Source of the DNA: a virus
Lineage: Duplodnaviria > Caudoviricetes
Virus record (IMG/VR): IMGVR_UViG_3300014208_000024
Location: 96,001-160,000 of that record
Length of the DNA stretch: 64,000 nucleotides
Reading direction: 5' to 3' (one strand)
The notes under the pieces were generated by a model, which did no database searches, was not told where the DNA came from, and saw only the letters and a list, made by a program, of their open reading frames with translations. Shown one piece after another: positions 17,250-27,277 of the stretch. Made by a program: the position numbers and the translations under genes. Each line of letters begins with the position of its first letter. The first letter of the stretch is position 1.

Positions 17250-20200
17250 TTATGAAGGGGGAATTTTTCCTATTGTTGCAACTATTTGCATTACTCTTTC
17301 TAAATTTTGCTGCGCATAAGCATACTGATATTTGCTTCCAGTCTTTATTCTTACCAAATTACAACTGCAGGTCGGAGATCCAGCATACCCATAAATCATT
17401 TCCATTATTTTATCCCTACCTAAACTCAAATCCATATCAATAGTAAAAGAATTATTACATTGTATTTGTATCCAACACCTTAATGCAGCACATGCAACTG
17501 CATGATCGGAAGAATTGAATAAATAATTCCATTCCCAATCATATGATGTATCAAGTATTTTATCAATCACCGTCATCGGTTTTTGATATATAATAGTATC
17601 ATAAGTTGTATTTACTCTTGACACCCATCTATCAGTTATACTTTTTACAGTGGGATAACTTGTACTATCAACTGGTTGCTGCAAAACATCATCTCTTCCA
17701 AAAAGATATGGAAGAAATTTTTGAAAAAACACTCTCCCAGTATGTTGAGGATATCCTCTTCCTCTAAATTTATTAAAATCTGTATCTACTAATATGTTTT
17801 TAGGATTAGACGTTAAATCAAACCAAACGTTTTGTGGCATAATATGACCTTTCCAAACATCTGAAACGTTTCCAGTGTCTAAACCCAAACTAGACCTGTT
17901 TGTGAAAAGATTTGGATCAGCATGAGCAGTTTTAAATGTCGAATTGTTTTTTAAACTATCATAAACAAATCTGTTTCCTAATATTCCATTATAAGATTGT
18001 TTTCCATCTCCATCAAACAAATAAGAAAGCCCAGGATGCGCACGTTGGTATTTCCCATTTGCTGCAGCTCCCGTCAAACCTTCTGGATTTGTTTTTAAAC
18101 TATTGGCGCCTTCAGAAACTGCTAACCCACCGCTTTCACTAATTGATGTTGTCCAAACTGTAAATATTTCAAAAAAGTTTGCATATCCTTTTGGCCACAA
18201 AATAGGTATTTTTTCAAAAATTTTAGTATTTTGTGGATTTAAAAGAATTCCACTATTTAATGTATCTTTTGCCCAAACACCAACACCTTGCCATTTTCCA
18301 CCTACTTTTTGCATGTGCGTTGCATTGAAATATTCAGTAAAAGAATTAAAATCTGTGTTTGCTTTAAAAAATGCATCCACATCCGCCAAATTTGTAAATT
18401 TTATATCTTTAACCAGTTCTATAAACTTATCAGTAAGCATTAAGGGCGCAGTTATTTTACTATTTGAACCAGTTCCGTCTTCAGTAAATTCTCCTCCATT
18501 AATCGCTCTGTTTTGGTTTTTTGATTTTGGATATGCTTCAACATATTGAGATGGTTGAACCTCCATAGTTTTATCTACATTTTTTGTCAATTCTTTTAAG
18601 TCATCTAATGTAACTGGTGGAATTCCTCCGTATTCTCCATTTGCAGAAAACCTCATTCTAACCCCCTCCATTTTTGTTGTCATATTATTTGGACTTATAG
18701 AATGAGTCACTTTTAATATTTGATACAACCCGCCAAACATAGGCATTTTTTCAATATAAAAATATTGCATTGGATAAACTTGCGCATTGCCTATAATTTC
18801 AACAGTAGCCCTATAACTTCTTCCCTCGAAAACAGGTAACATTGAACAATCTATTGCCACTTGTCTATTTGTACTTTCTTTATCGGCAAGTCTTTGTAAA
18901 TTAATAATACTTTCAGCTGTTGGTTTTGAAGCGTCAGTTCCAACAGAAATTCCTTTTACAATTTGATTATCAATTGCACCAAATGCTATTGATATTGCGT
19001 CATTTTGAAAACTATAAGTTTTCATGTGATCAGTTATTAACTCTGAAGCATTATTGTTTAATTTACTTCTCGTCTCTGGAGTTGGAGTAAACAACACATG
19101 AAAATAATTCATTATTTTTGAATCTACTGGATTTGGATACGGTTTATAAATATCGTTTATATTATCAGAATTTGCATCTCCTGGAAATGGAACAAAAACA
19201 AAATTGTTTTTTGTACAAATTTGTTGTATTATATTTAAAACAGTTGTACTTCCATTAGGTTTATATAAAGGTTCTATGTTAATTATTGCATCTTCTACAT
19301 TTACAACCTTGCCGTTTACTGGGGCCAAAGGATAGTCATAAACAAACATCGTGTTTCCATCTGTTGGACTTTGTTCTTTTAATTTTTTAACAGGATCTTT
19401 TTGTACATGGTTTTTACAATTTCCATATTCATATTCTATACTTCTTGCTAAATCTACACCATCTGGAATTATGTTGCTGCAAAAATCTTGATTTTGTATT
19501 GATGTTGCAATAACCTGCCATTGATGGAATATAGTATGCATTTGTTTATAAATAAGATTTCTACTTTCACTTCCTTTTCCTATTACATTCCCAACAACTT
19601 CATTTCTTTCTGATTCTATCTCACTTAATCTATCAATAATAGATTGACACATTGCTTTAATTATAGCTCTTTGTTTTGCACTTCTAAAGTCTCCACTTCC
19701 ATTTACACAAAATGGTCCAAATACCAAATTTGGAGCACCCCAATCTCCAGAACAATGAGTATATGGCACAAAAGCTAAATTTTTTGCTTCTATTTTACCG
19801 TTATACACGTTTTGGTCATAACTTACAGCTGCAATTTTTTCCTTATCTTGTACTTTTCTTTTAAAAGAATATGAATCATAATCTACTTCTATAGTTTGTG
19901 TAGATGTACTTGGTTTTTTAATCACTTGATTCATAAACATATAATCTGCCACTACACCTTTTTCTATTGCTTCATTTATGTTGTTTACTCTATCTAACGG
20001 CTCACTTGAATCATCTCCAGGTTTCATTGCTGTATCTATAACAACAACTCCTACTGGATTTTTTGAATCAGAATGATTAAGACTTTGATCCATTTCTTCT
20101 TCACTTAACGAAGTTTTAGATTTAGCCTTATTAGAATCATCCAAATTTGCAAACATTATGTACCAATATTCATTAGTAACATTACTATTTATATCGTTTT

Positions 20201-22394
20201 TTGGTAAAAGATAATATAATTCATTATTTCTCACAATATAAGAAGATAATGATGTTCTATCTATAAGACCGAAATTTGTTGAAGTAAATGTTGGTTGACC
20301 ATATCTAAAACCTTGATCGTCTTCATTGTTGTTTGGTTTATTAAAAAATGGATCTAACATTTTTCTAATACTTGCTGTTGCAAAATTGGTTTTTTGAACA
20401 TTATCTTTTTGATTAGCAGCTTTTAATAAAATATTTGCAATTGTTTGACCACTATTTTCACTACCTCCTTTTGACACATAATCATCATAAGCAATTTTTA
20501 CATTTTCACTTGTATATTCATCTATAATAATAGTGTAATCCAAAATATTATCTTGAACTGGCTCATTTGAAGTTACAAGCTTTCCGCTTCCAGGTGACAA
20601 ATCAAAAAATGTATTTATATTATCGTCTTCGTCTTTTTTTGGATCAATAAATGGCTTCATAAAAAACAAACCATCGTTTGACAATAAGTTTACCCAAAAC
20701 CTACAAAATCTCTTTAATGCTTCTTTGTCTTCAAATGATAGTTGTCCTAAAATACTTTTTGTAAGATTACTAGTAATATCATCTTTTGCAAGTGATAATA
20801 AAACACTTAAATCATCAGCATCTCCTCCAAAAAAAGTATTATAATCTCCAGGAGAAAAAGGGTTTCCAGATCTTGTTACATAAGCAATAATTCCAGATCG
20901 TATTAAAATGTTTTCAACTATATTAGAATAAAATGGTTTCCATGGGTTATTAGAAATTAACTCTAAGCTGTTTATTGGTTTTTGTAAAGCACTATCGTCG
21001 GCTGAAACTTCTGAAACCATTTCTTCTGAAATTCCTTGTCCAATTGCTTCAATAAATTCATTTACAAATTTCATTTCATAAGCATCAGCACCATAATTAA
21101 ATCCATAATCTTTTATTGCTGGAACCTCTTCTCCATTATACAACGCCAATGGAAAATGTTTACCAATTAATTCTTTTGCATCAGCACTGTTGCGACTTTC
21201 TATATTTATTTTATCTGAATACCCTTGGAATCCTGCCTCAAGAATGCTACCAAGAATAAACGCAGAATCTCTTGCTATATGATTAAAAATTTCTTTAATT
21301 GTCATTTTTGATATTTGTGTCTTCGATGAAAGATAAGTTCTTTTCTTTATTTCTGCATCAATAGCCATTAAATTACCATCTATAATATCAAAAACAGTCT
21401 TTTTGTACAAAGACAAATCTTCGTTAGGATTAGATTTTAAAAAATTTCCATCCGAGCTAATATCATCATATTTAAAACTTTTAGTAATTTTAGAATATTT
21501 TTTTACATCTAAATCAGTGGGAGTTTTTTCTTTTCCCTTTGTTGTACTCAATAACAAAAAAGTATTTAATTGACTTAAATTATCACTGCTTAACATCAAT
21601 GAATTAATTCTATCTTCATCTAATCCATCTGGCTCTGGAACATTTAAGTTTGTAAAATTAAAAACACCTTCATTATTAACCAATCCGCTAATTGCATTGT
21701 TTATACTAATTTTTTTTGTTTTATATATTGTTTGAGCCGCACTATATCTTAATCCAGTTAATTGCCTGATAACTGAATCAAATTGATTTGTTGTTTCTTT
21801 TGTTTTTATTTCTACTTGTTTTCCAATTTTAACATAAGAAAAAATGCTATCTGTTGTAAAAGTACAATCTCCTACTTTAATTTCATTTTTTCCATATTTT
21901 TTAAACCTCAATCTTTTACATGCAAGCAAATATAAAACTGGAATATCAGCCATAAATCCCCACTGATTTGGTACAAAAGAACATTTTATTTCATAACTTC
22001 CATCAGAAGGTACAAAATTAACATTCGTAGTTTTTAAATTTAGCATCCAAGTTACTTCTCTTCCCAAAAAACCCTTAAAAGAAAACAAAAACTTTGGTGG
22101 TGGCCAATTAAATAAAACAGATGTGTCTATATCATCATTAGATCCTCTTTGTGTTCCAAATATTGTATTTCCATATAAATCTTTAAATGTAATTTCAATA
22201 GCTGGCTGTAAAGATGGATTTATTTCTATGTTAATATCTGTTATTCCAAATCCAATATTTTTTCTATAGAAACCTGTATCAAAAGTTTTTCTTCCAGTAA
22301 AATCATAAGAACTTCCATCAACGCAAGTTCTCAACTTAACATCCATAGTTAAGTCTTTCATGTTATAAACTTCTGGCCTTTGTAAATTTCCCAT
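17250..22394 (-). CDS. Baseplate hub-like protein (gp27/gpD-like) with C-terminal GH19-like muramidase domain
   Basis: Hub-like ends GFGITDINIEINP and YQILKVTHSISPNNMTTKMEGVR; then SESGGLAVSEG and FRGRGYPQHTGR (GH19 signature). Confidence 0.65.
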   Translation of the reverse strand: MGNLQRPEVYNMKDLTMDVKLRTCVDGSSYDFTGRKTFDTGFYRKNIGFGITDINIEINPSLQPAIEITFKDLYGNTIFGTQRGSNDDIDTSVLFNWPPPKFLFSFKGFLGREVTWMLNLKTTNVNFVPSDGSYEIKCSFVPNQWGFMADIPVLYLLACKRLRFKKYGKNEIKVGDCTFTTDSIFSYVKIGKQVEIKTKETTNQFDSVIRQLTGLRYSAAQTIYKTKKISINNAISGLVNNEGVFNFTNLNVPEPDGLDEDRINSLMLSSDNLSQLNTFLLLSTTKGKEKTPTDLDVKKYSKITKSFKYDDISSDGNFLKSNPNEDLSLYKKTVFDIIDGNLMAIDAEIKKRTYLSSKTQISKMTIKEIFNHIARDSAFILGSILEAGFQGYSDKINIESRNSADAKELIGKHFPLALYNGEEVPAIKDYGFNYGADAYEMKFVNEFIEAIGQGISEEMVSEVSADDSALQKPINSLELISNNPWKPFYSNIVENILIRSGIIAYVTRSGNPFSPGDYNTFFGGDADDLSVLLSLAKDDITSNLTKSILGQLSFEDKEALKRFCRFWVNLLSNDGLFFMKPFIDPKKDEDDNINTFFDLSPGSGKLVTSNEPVQDNILDYTIIIDEYTSENVKIAYDDYVSKGGSENSGQTIANILLKAANQKDNVQKTNFATASIRKMLDPFFNKPNNNEDDQGFRYGQPTFTSTNFGLIDRTSLSSYIVRNNELYYLLPKNDINSNVTNEYWYIMFANLDDSNKAKSKTSLSEEEMDQSLNHSDSKNPVGVVVIDTAMKPGDDSSEPLDRVNNINEAIEKGVVADYMFMNQVIKKPSTSTQTIEVDYDSYSFKRKVQDKEKIAAVSYDQNVYNGKIEAKNLAFVPYTHCSGDWGAPNLVFGPFCVNGSGDFRSAKQRAIIKAMCQSIIDRLSEIESERNEVVGNVIGKGSESRNLIYKQMHTIFHQWQVIATSIQNQDFCSNIIPDGVDLARSIEYEYGNCKNHVQKDPVKKLKEQSPTDGNTMFVYDYPLAPVNGKVVNVEDAIINIEPLYKPNGSTTVLNIIQQICTKNNFVFVPFPGDANSDNINDIYKPYPNPVDSKIMNYFHVLFTPTPETRSKLNNNASELITDHMKTYSFQNDAISIAFGAIDNQIVKGISVGTDASKPTAESIINLQRLADKESTNRQVAIDCSMLPVFEGRSYRATVEIIGNAQVYPMQYFYIEKMPMFGGLYQILKVTHSISPNNMTTKMEGVRMRFSANGEYGGIPPVTLDDLKELTKNVDKTMEVQPSQYVEAYPKSKNQNRAINGGEFTEDGTGSNSKITAPLMLTDKFIELVKDIKFTNLADVDAFFKANTDFNSFTEYFNATHMQKVGGKWQGVGVWAKDTLNSGILLNPQNTKIFEKIPILWPKGYANFFEIFTVWTTSISESGGLAVSEGANSLKTNPEGLTGAAANGKYQRAHPGLSYLFDGDGKQSYNGILGNRFVYDSLKNNSTFKTAHADPNLFTNRSSLGLDTGNVSDVWKGHIMPQNVWFDLTSNPKNILVDTDFNKFRGRGYPQHTGRVFFQKFLPYLFGRDDVLQQPVDSTSYPTVKSITDRWVSRVNTTYDTIIYQKPMTVIDKILDTSYDWEWNYLFNSSDHAVACAALRCWIQIQCNNSFTIDMDLSLGRDKIMEMIYGYAGSPTCSCNLVRIKTGSKYQYAYAQQNLERVMQIVATIGKIPPS

Positions 22395-22706
22395 TTATCC
22401 TAAATTTTTTGTCGTTATAATTTTTGATGTTACTTCTGTTAGTACATCATTTTTTGGCCATGGAATTCTTATAACTGTATTGTCTGGAATATCAAATTCA
22501 CATTCATATTCTGGATTTGCCCATAAAATTAATTTCCAAAGAGTTTCATCTTCATAAAACTCACCAGCCATTACATCCAACCTTGTAAGATTTTTGTTAT
22601 ACAAAACCTTTTTGTCGGTTTGTCTTGTACTTATTTCAATTGGAGGCATTCCTTCCAATTTAGATTCAGCACGATTTATTAATAATTGTCCAAAATTAAA
22701 TGCCAT
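22395..22706 (-). CDS. Baseplate gp53 / P2 gpX-like LysM-type protein
   Basis: RLDVMAGEFYEDETLWKLILWANP...IRIP; start MAFNF downstream of TATTTATA (22718-22725). Confidence 0.75.
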   Translation of the reverse strand: MAFNFGQLLINRAESKLEGMPPIEISTRQTDKKVLYNKNLTRLDVMAGEFYEDETLWKLILWANPEYECEFDIPDNTVIRIPWPKNDVLTEVTSKIITTKNLG

Positions 22707-22757
22707 AGTTGTTTTTTTATAAATATAGTAAACTAAAAAACTAAACAAAACAGTTAT

Positions 22758-25700
22758 TTATGACGATCTTCTGATTGTTTTTGTTCCAAAAAATCCCTCC
22801 ACATCTGTTGAAGTTAATGGTACCCCACTTCCACCAGCTGGACCAACTATGTTAAATGAAATTGTAACACTAGCCCACATCGGTTGCACTGCTCCACCAT
22901 CAAGGTTCGTTGTCCACGGAGCATTCGCATAATCATAGCTTACACTATTTACGATAATGTCGTGATCAATCCAATCTCCAAGCCTTAAATGACACACTGG
23001 GGGTTTTGTAAACGAAAATCCACCATTAGCCACATTATTTGCAGGTCTTGTCATCTTTGCTAAAAACTCCATTCTGTTTTTAAAATCAACTTTACTTCCT
23101 GAAAAATATGCAGGTTGAAATGATAAACTTTTAATCATTTCATCAACCCTTGTTTTTGTATCTGTAACTCTTGACTCTTTATATCCATCAACTGTATCGT
23201 TTTCAGATACGTGAAAATTATATATGTTGTTGTATTTTGTAGAAGATTCTGAATAATTAGTTTCATACAAACTATTTATTTTTTCTTGCGCAGAAACTTC
23301 TTCTGCATTTATTAAAGATTGATAAACACTAATTTTATCACTAAAATCGGCGTATTTATCTTCTGTTTCTGCCAATTTTGCATCATCTAACCCAATTGCC
23401 TTTGCTTCTTCATCTGTTTTGGGTAATGTATTTTCTTTTTGATAATTTTGAAATTCTTGATTTACTTTTTCTTTTTGTTCATTTAATTTTTTTATTGTTT
23501 CAGCTTTAGATGCTTCTATCGCAGCAATTGAAATTTTTGTTGATATATCTGACTTTCCTAAATCTGAAACAGTAAAATTTTTAGATGTAGCTGCATTAAT
23601 TGGGCTCATATTTTCATCTTGTTCTCTTCCTATCATAACACTTTCTGCATAGTCTGTTAATACAAAAAAAGAAATACTTCCATCTCTTGATGAATTGTTA
23701 TAAGTATAAATAGCTTCTGGTCTTCCAAGAAAATTAGTAGAGTTCCAACTAGCACCATCTGAATTTTGAAAATTACTTATATATGGAGGAAAATACATTG
23801 TGGGACCATTTGCAAGGTCAATTGAATAATTTGTGAGATAAAATAACAATTTTCCAGCCTCTAGTGGAGCATATGGATTTCTTATTGTATATTTTTGATA
23901 TGCTTTTTTGTCTTTTTTATTTTTAACTCCTATAACAAATGATTTAGATGGAGCATTTTCAACACCCTGTATGTCTTTATAGTTTAATCTAAAAGATACA
24001 GATTGTAATTCATTATCATTATTCGCTATCTTTCTAAGAATATATCTAACCCCTTTTGTTTCAGAATTAAAATCAGTAGTATCCAAAGGATTTCCTGGTC
24101 TTGTTTTAAATCCTATATTTTTGTTATCATAGTCTCCGTAAGATGCATCAAAAGATTTTTCTACATCACCATTAAAATAAACTCCACTTGGAGCATTTAA
24201 GGATTTTGATACATATTTTGATATTCTATTTCTCCTTTCTTCTGTGAATAACGCAAGTGAATTTATTAAATCCAACAAAGATTTATCTTCGTTGTCGTTT
24301 AAAGAACTAGATGTTTGTGCTATTGAATATATTTTCTGATATATATCCCCTGGAGAAGTTGATTTTTCGGTTGTATTTAAGTTTCCATTATTTAAATACA
24401 TAAATGCATTGGAATATTTTAAATACTCTCTAATTTCTCTATTAATATTTTTTTCATCATAAACCCTACTAATTGAAGAATTCATTGAACTTTCAAAACT
24501 TTTTCCAGTTATTTTTTTATTACCCAATTCATAATCTATTGTTTTTGATACAAAGTCGTTTAAATAATCTATAGAAAAAGCATTTAACATTTTCATAGAA
24601 ACAATTGACCCATCATATGCATTTTTTAAACTTCTTTCTATTGGAGATATAATGTTCTGATTAAAATTTAATGTTGCATTTATGCTATCTGCTGGAGTAA
24701 ATGGCAATGCTTTAAAATCAATAATTTCCCCCAAACTTGGAACTTTCAAAGTATTTTGTAACAACATACCACCCTGTCCATACTGCAAAACCTTTTGGTC
24801 TGAATAATAATCTGAAATACTTCCACCACCTCCGCCAGCAATATATTTGTTTTTTTTCGAATATCCACCACCAGCATTACCTAAAAGATTATTTTCCCTA
24901 ATATCTTTCACCGATGTTTGATTTCCAAGTGTAGCATAAGTATATTGATTTATAAAAGGATTATTTATATAATAATCACTCTCATCATTTCCAACACTCT
25001 CTTCTTTATATTTTCTATTTCTTAAAGTTAGCAAGTTTCTAAAAATTAACCCTTGAGCCCAAACTCCAGAAACGCCAATAAACATTGAGGTTCCGAAAGG
25101 TCCTACCACATTAACCCCCAGTTGTCCAAGACCAACGTTTTTACTTAAATTTTTTTCTCTTTCATTTTCTCCGCCACTCACCCCTCCATATTGATCAAAG
25201 TGTTTATCAATAGTTTGATTTGATGTTACGTTCTTTGATAAATTATATTTTTTTTCATTTCCTGGAGAACTTAATGTTCCATATTGATCAACATGCAAAT
25301 CAATAGTTTGAGACCCATGAACGTTGCTTGACAACTCATTGTTTCTAAATGCTACAGAATCTGTTTCAATATCTGTTGCAATCGGAACGTTAGATGTTAA
25401 ATTTTCTTCTCTATAAAGAACAGAGTCAACTTCCAAATCAATTACAGCTGGAGTGTTAGCTGCCAAATCAACATCTCTATATGTGACAGAATCAGTTTCT
25501 AAATTAGTTACAATTGGAGTGTTATATGCCAATTCATTACTTCTAAATGCTGCAGAATATGTTTCTAGATCTGTTATTGTTGGAACATTAGAAGATAAAT
25601 TTTCATCTCTATAATTAACAGAATCGTTTTCTAAGTCAGAATTAATCGGTGAATTTGCTGACAAATCTCCTTCTCTATAAAAAATAGAATCATCTTCCAG

Positions 25701-27236
25701 ACTTGTTGTTTTTGGAACATTAGCAGACAAATCCCCATCTCTATAGCCAACAGAATCATTTTCCAAATTTGTTGTTATTGGAACATTTATAGAAAGTTCA
25801 CTGTCTCTAAACGGAGCAGACTTAGTTTCAAGATTTGTTATTACAGAAACATTCTGTGATAAATTTTTAACTCTATAATTTTCATTTTCTTTTTCTAAAT
25901 CTGTTTCTTTTAGGGTGTTCATTGATAAATCACCATTTCTAAATTCCTTAGAATCTTTTTCTACATCTGTTTCTTTTGAAACATTGTATGATAAATTTGC
26001 CTTTTGGTACCCTATTGAATCCAAAGATAAATCCGTTGTCTTTTTAACATTATTTGATAACTCTCCATCTCTAAATTCTTTGGATAACTTTTCTATATCT
26101 GTTTCTTTTGAAACATTATTCGACAATTCATTATTTCTATATGTTGCAGACTCTTTTTCTAAATCATGCTCAATAGAATTGTTTGCCGATAAATCTGCAT
26201 TTCTAAAATTAGCCGAATCTGTTTCTAAATCCCTCTCTTTTGTTTTGTTACGTGAAAGTTCAGATTCTCTAAACACTAAAGAATCTGTTGTTAAATCAGA
26301 ATTTTTTAAAACATTATTTGATAATTCTTCTTTTCTAAATTCTGTAGAATCTTTTTCAAGATCAGAGTTTTTTGAAACGTTATCTGATAAATTTTCTTTT
26401 CTAAATTGTAAAGAACTTTCTTCTAAGTTTATATCCTTAGATGCGTTTTTTGACAAATCTTCTTTCCTAAATTTTTCAGAATCTATTGATAAATCAGAAG
26501 TTTTTATAACGTTGACAGATAAATCATCTTTTCTAAATTGTGATGAACTGCTTTCTAAATCAGAGGTTTTTTGTTTATTTAAAGTTAATTCATTTTCTCT
26601 GAATTTTGATGAAACTTTTTCTAAATCTATATCTTTTGATGGGTTTTTTGATAAATCTTCTTTTCTATAATCTTTAGAATCATCAATCAAATCTTTTAAC
26701 TTTGATACATTGTGACTTAAATTTTCTTCCCTGTATTGCGTTTGACTTTCGCTTAATTCTTTTTCTGAATTTGGATTAGTTTTGTTTTTTGAAATATTTT
26801 TATTTTTATAACTCTCAGAGTCTTTAGATAAATCACTTAAAGAACTTGTGTTTTTACTTAACAAATCCTTGCGTTTTTTTTCAAAAGATTCTAATAGTTC
26901 TATTGAATTTTTATGAAGAGTATCTCTTGCAATTAAAGATTTTCTAAAATCTTCCGATTGTTCTTCCAGGGATGTTATTTTTTCTATTGCTTTAGCCAAC
27001 TGTTCATTTCTTATCTCTTCAGAAATTTTATCTAAATTTGTGTTGAAAACATTTGAGTTTTTACTCAACATTTCTTTTTTTACAGAAGGATAGAATACGT
27101 CGTAAAGACTCTGGGGCTTTGCCAAATTCTTTGACATCAATTTATTTCTAATTTCAGATGAAAATTCACCAAAAAATTGGTTAACTTTATCCTCCATACT
27201 CTGTCTTTCTTCTTCGTAATCAAAATTTGTATACAT
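22758..27236 (-). CDS. Large tail protein: N-terminal 22-aa repeat array + C-terminal tube-initiator (gp48/gp54-like) domain
   Basis: C-terminal MYFPPYISNFQNSDGASWNSTNFLGRPEAIYTYNNSSRDGSISF and LRLGDW...IVNSVSYDY...PMWASVTISFNIVG. Confidence 0.65.
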   Translation of the reverse strand: MYTNFDYEEERQSMEDKVNQFFGEFSSEIRNKLMSKNLAKPQSLYDVFYPSVKKEMLSKNSNVFNTNLDKISEEIRNEQLAKAIEKITSLEEQSEDFRKSLIARDTLHKNSIELLESFEKKRKDLLSKNTSSLSDLSKDSESYKNKNISKNKTNPNSEKELSESQTQYREENLSHNVSKLKDLIDDSKDYRKEDLSKNPSKDIDLEKVSSKFRENELTLNKQKTSDLESSSSQFRKDDLSVNVIKTSDLSIDSEKFRKEDLSKNASKDINLEESSLQFRKENLSDNVSKNSDLEKDSTEFRKEELSNNVLKNSDLTTDSLVFRESELSRNKTKERDLETDSANFRNADLSANNSIEHDLEKESATYRNNELSNNVSKETDIEKLSKEFRDGELSNNVKKTTDLSLDSIGYQKANLSYNVSKETDVEKDSKEFRNGDLSMNTLKETDLEKENENYRVKNLSQNVSVITNLETKSAPFRDSELSINVPITTNLENDSVGYRDGDLSANVPKTTSLEDDSIFYREGDLSANSPINSDLENDSVNYRDENLSSNVPTITDLETYSAAFRSNELAYNTPIVTNLETDSVTYRDVDLAANTPAVIDLEVDSVLYREENLTSNVPIATDIETDSVAFRNNELSSNVHGSQTIDLHVDQYGTLSSPGNEKKYNLSKNVTSNQTIDKHFDQYGGVSGGENEREKNLSKNVGLGQLGVNVVGPFGTSMFIGVSGVWAQGLIFRNLLTLRNRKYKEESVGNDESDYYINNPFINQYTYATLGNQTSVKDIRENNLLGNAGGGYSKKNKYIAGGGGGSISDYYSDQKVLQYGQGGMLLQNTLKVPSLGEIIDFKALPFTPADSINATLNFNQNIISPIERSLKNAYDGSIVSMKMLNAFSIDYLNDFVSKTIDYELGNKKITGKSFESSMNSSISRVYDEKNINREIREYLKYSNAFMYLNNGNLNTTEKSTSPGDIYQKIYSIAQTSSSLNDNEDKSLLDLINSLALFTEERRNRISKYVSKSLNAPSGVYFNGDVEKSFDASYGDYDNKNIGFKTRPGNPLDTTDFNSETKGVRYILRKIANNDNELQSVSFRLNYKDIQGVENAPSKSFVIGVKNKKDKKAYQKYTIRNPYAPLEAGKLLFYLTNYSIDLANGPTMYFPPYISNFQNSDGASWNSTNFLGRPEAIYTYNNSSRDGSISFFVLTDYAESVMIGREQDENMSPINAATSKNFTVSDLGKSDISTKISIAAIEASKAETIKKLNEQKEKVNQEFQNYQKENTLPKTDEEAKAIGLDDAKLAETEDKYADFSDKISVYQSLINAEEVSAQEKINSLYETNYSESSTKYNNIYNFHVSENDTVDGYKESRVTDTKTRVDEMIKSLSFQPAYFSGSKVDFKNRMEFLAKMTRPANNVANGGFSFTKPPVCHLRLGDWIDHDIIVNSVSYDYANAPWTTNLDGGAVQPMWASVTISFNIVGPAGGSGVPLTSTDVEGFFGTKTIRRSS
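25311..26696 (-). repeat. 21 tandem 66-nt (22-aa) coding repeats
   Basis: Consensus (T/S)DLExDSxx(F/Y)RxxxLSxNVxxx; KDLIDD to VHGS spans exactly 21x66 nt with no indels. Confidence 0.9.
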
Positions 27237-27277
27237 TTATTTGACTTTTTTATAAATAATCAAATTAAAAAAATACA

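Noticed and set aside
25311-26696. 66-nt and 42-nt (54013-54558) periodic repeats as possible CRISPR arrays
   Set aside because: They are degenerate, in-frame protein repeats with no invariant direct repeat/unique spacer structure and no cas genes
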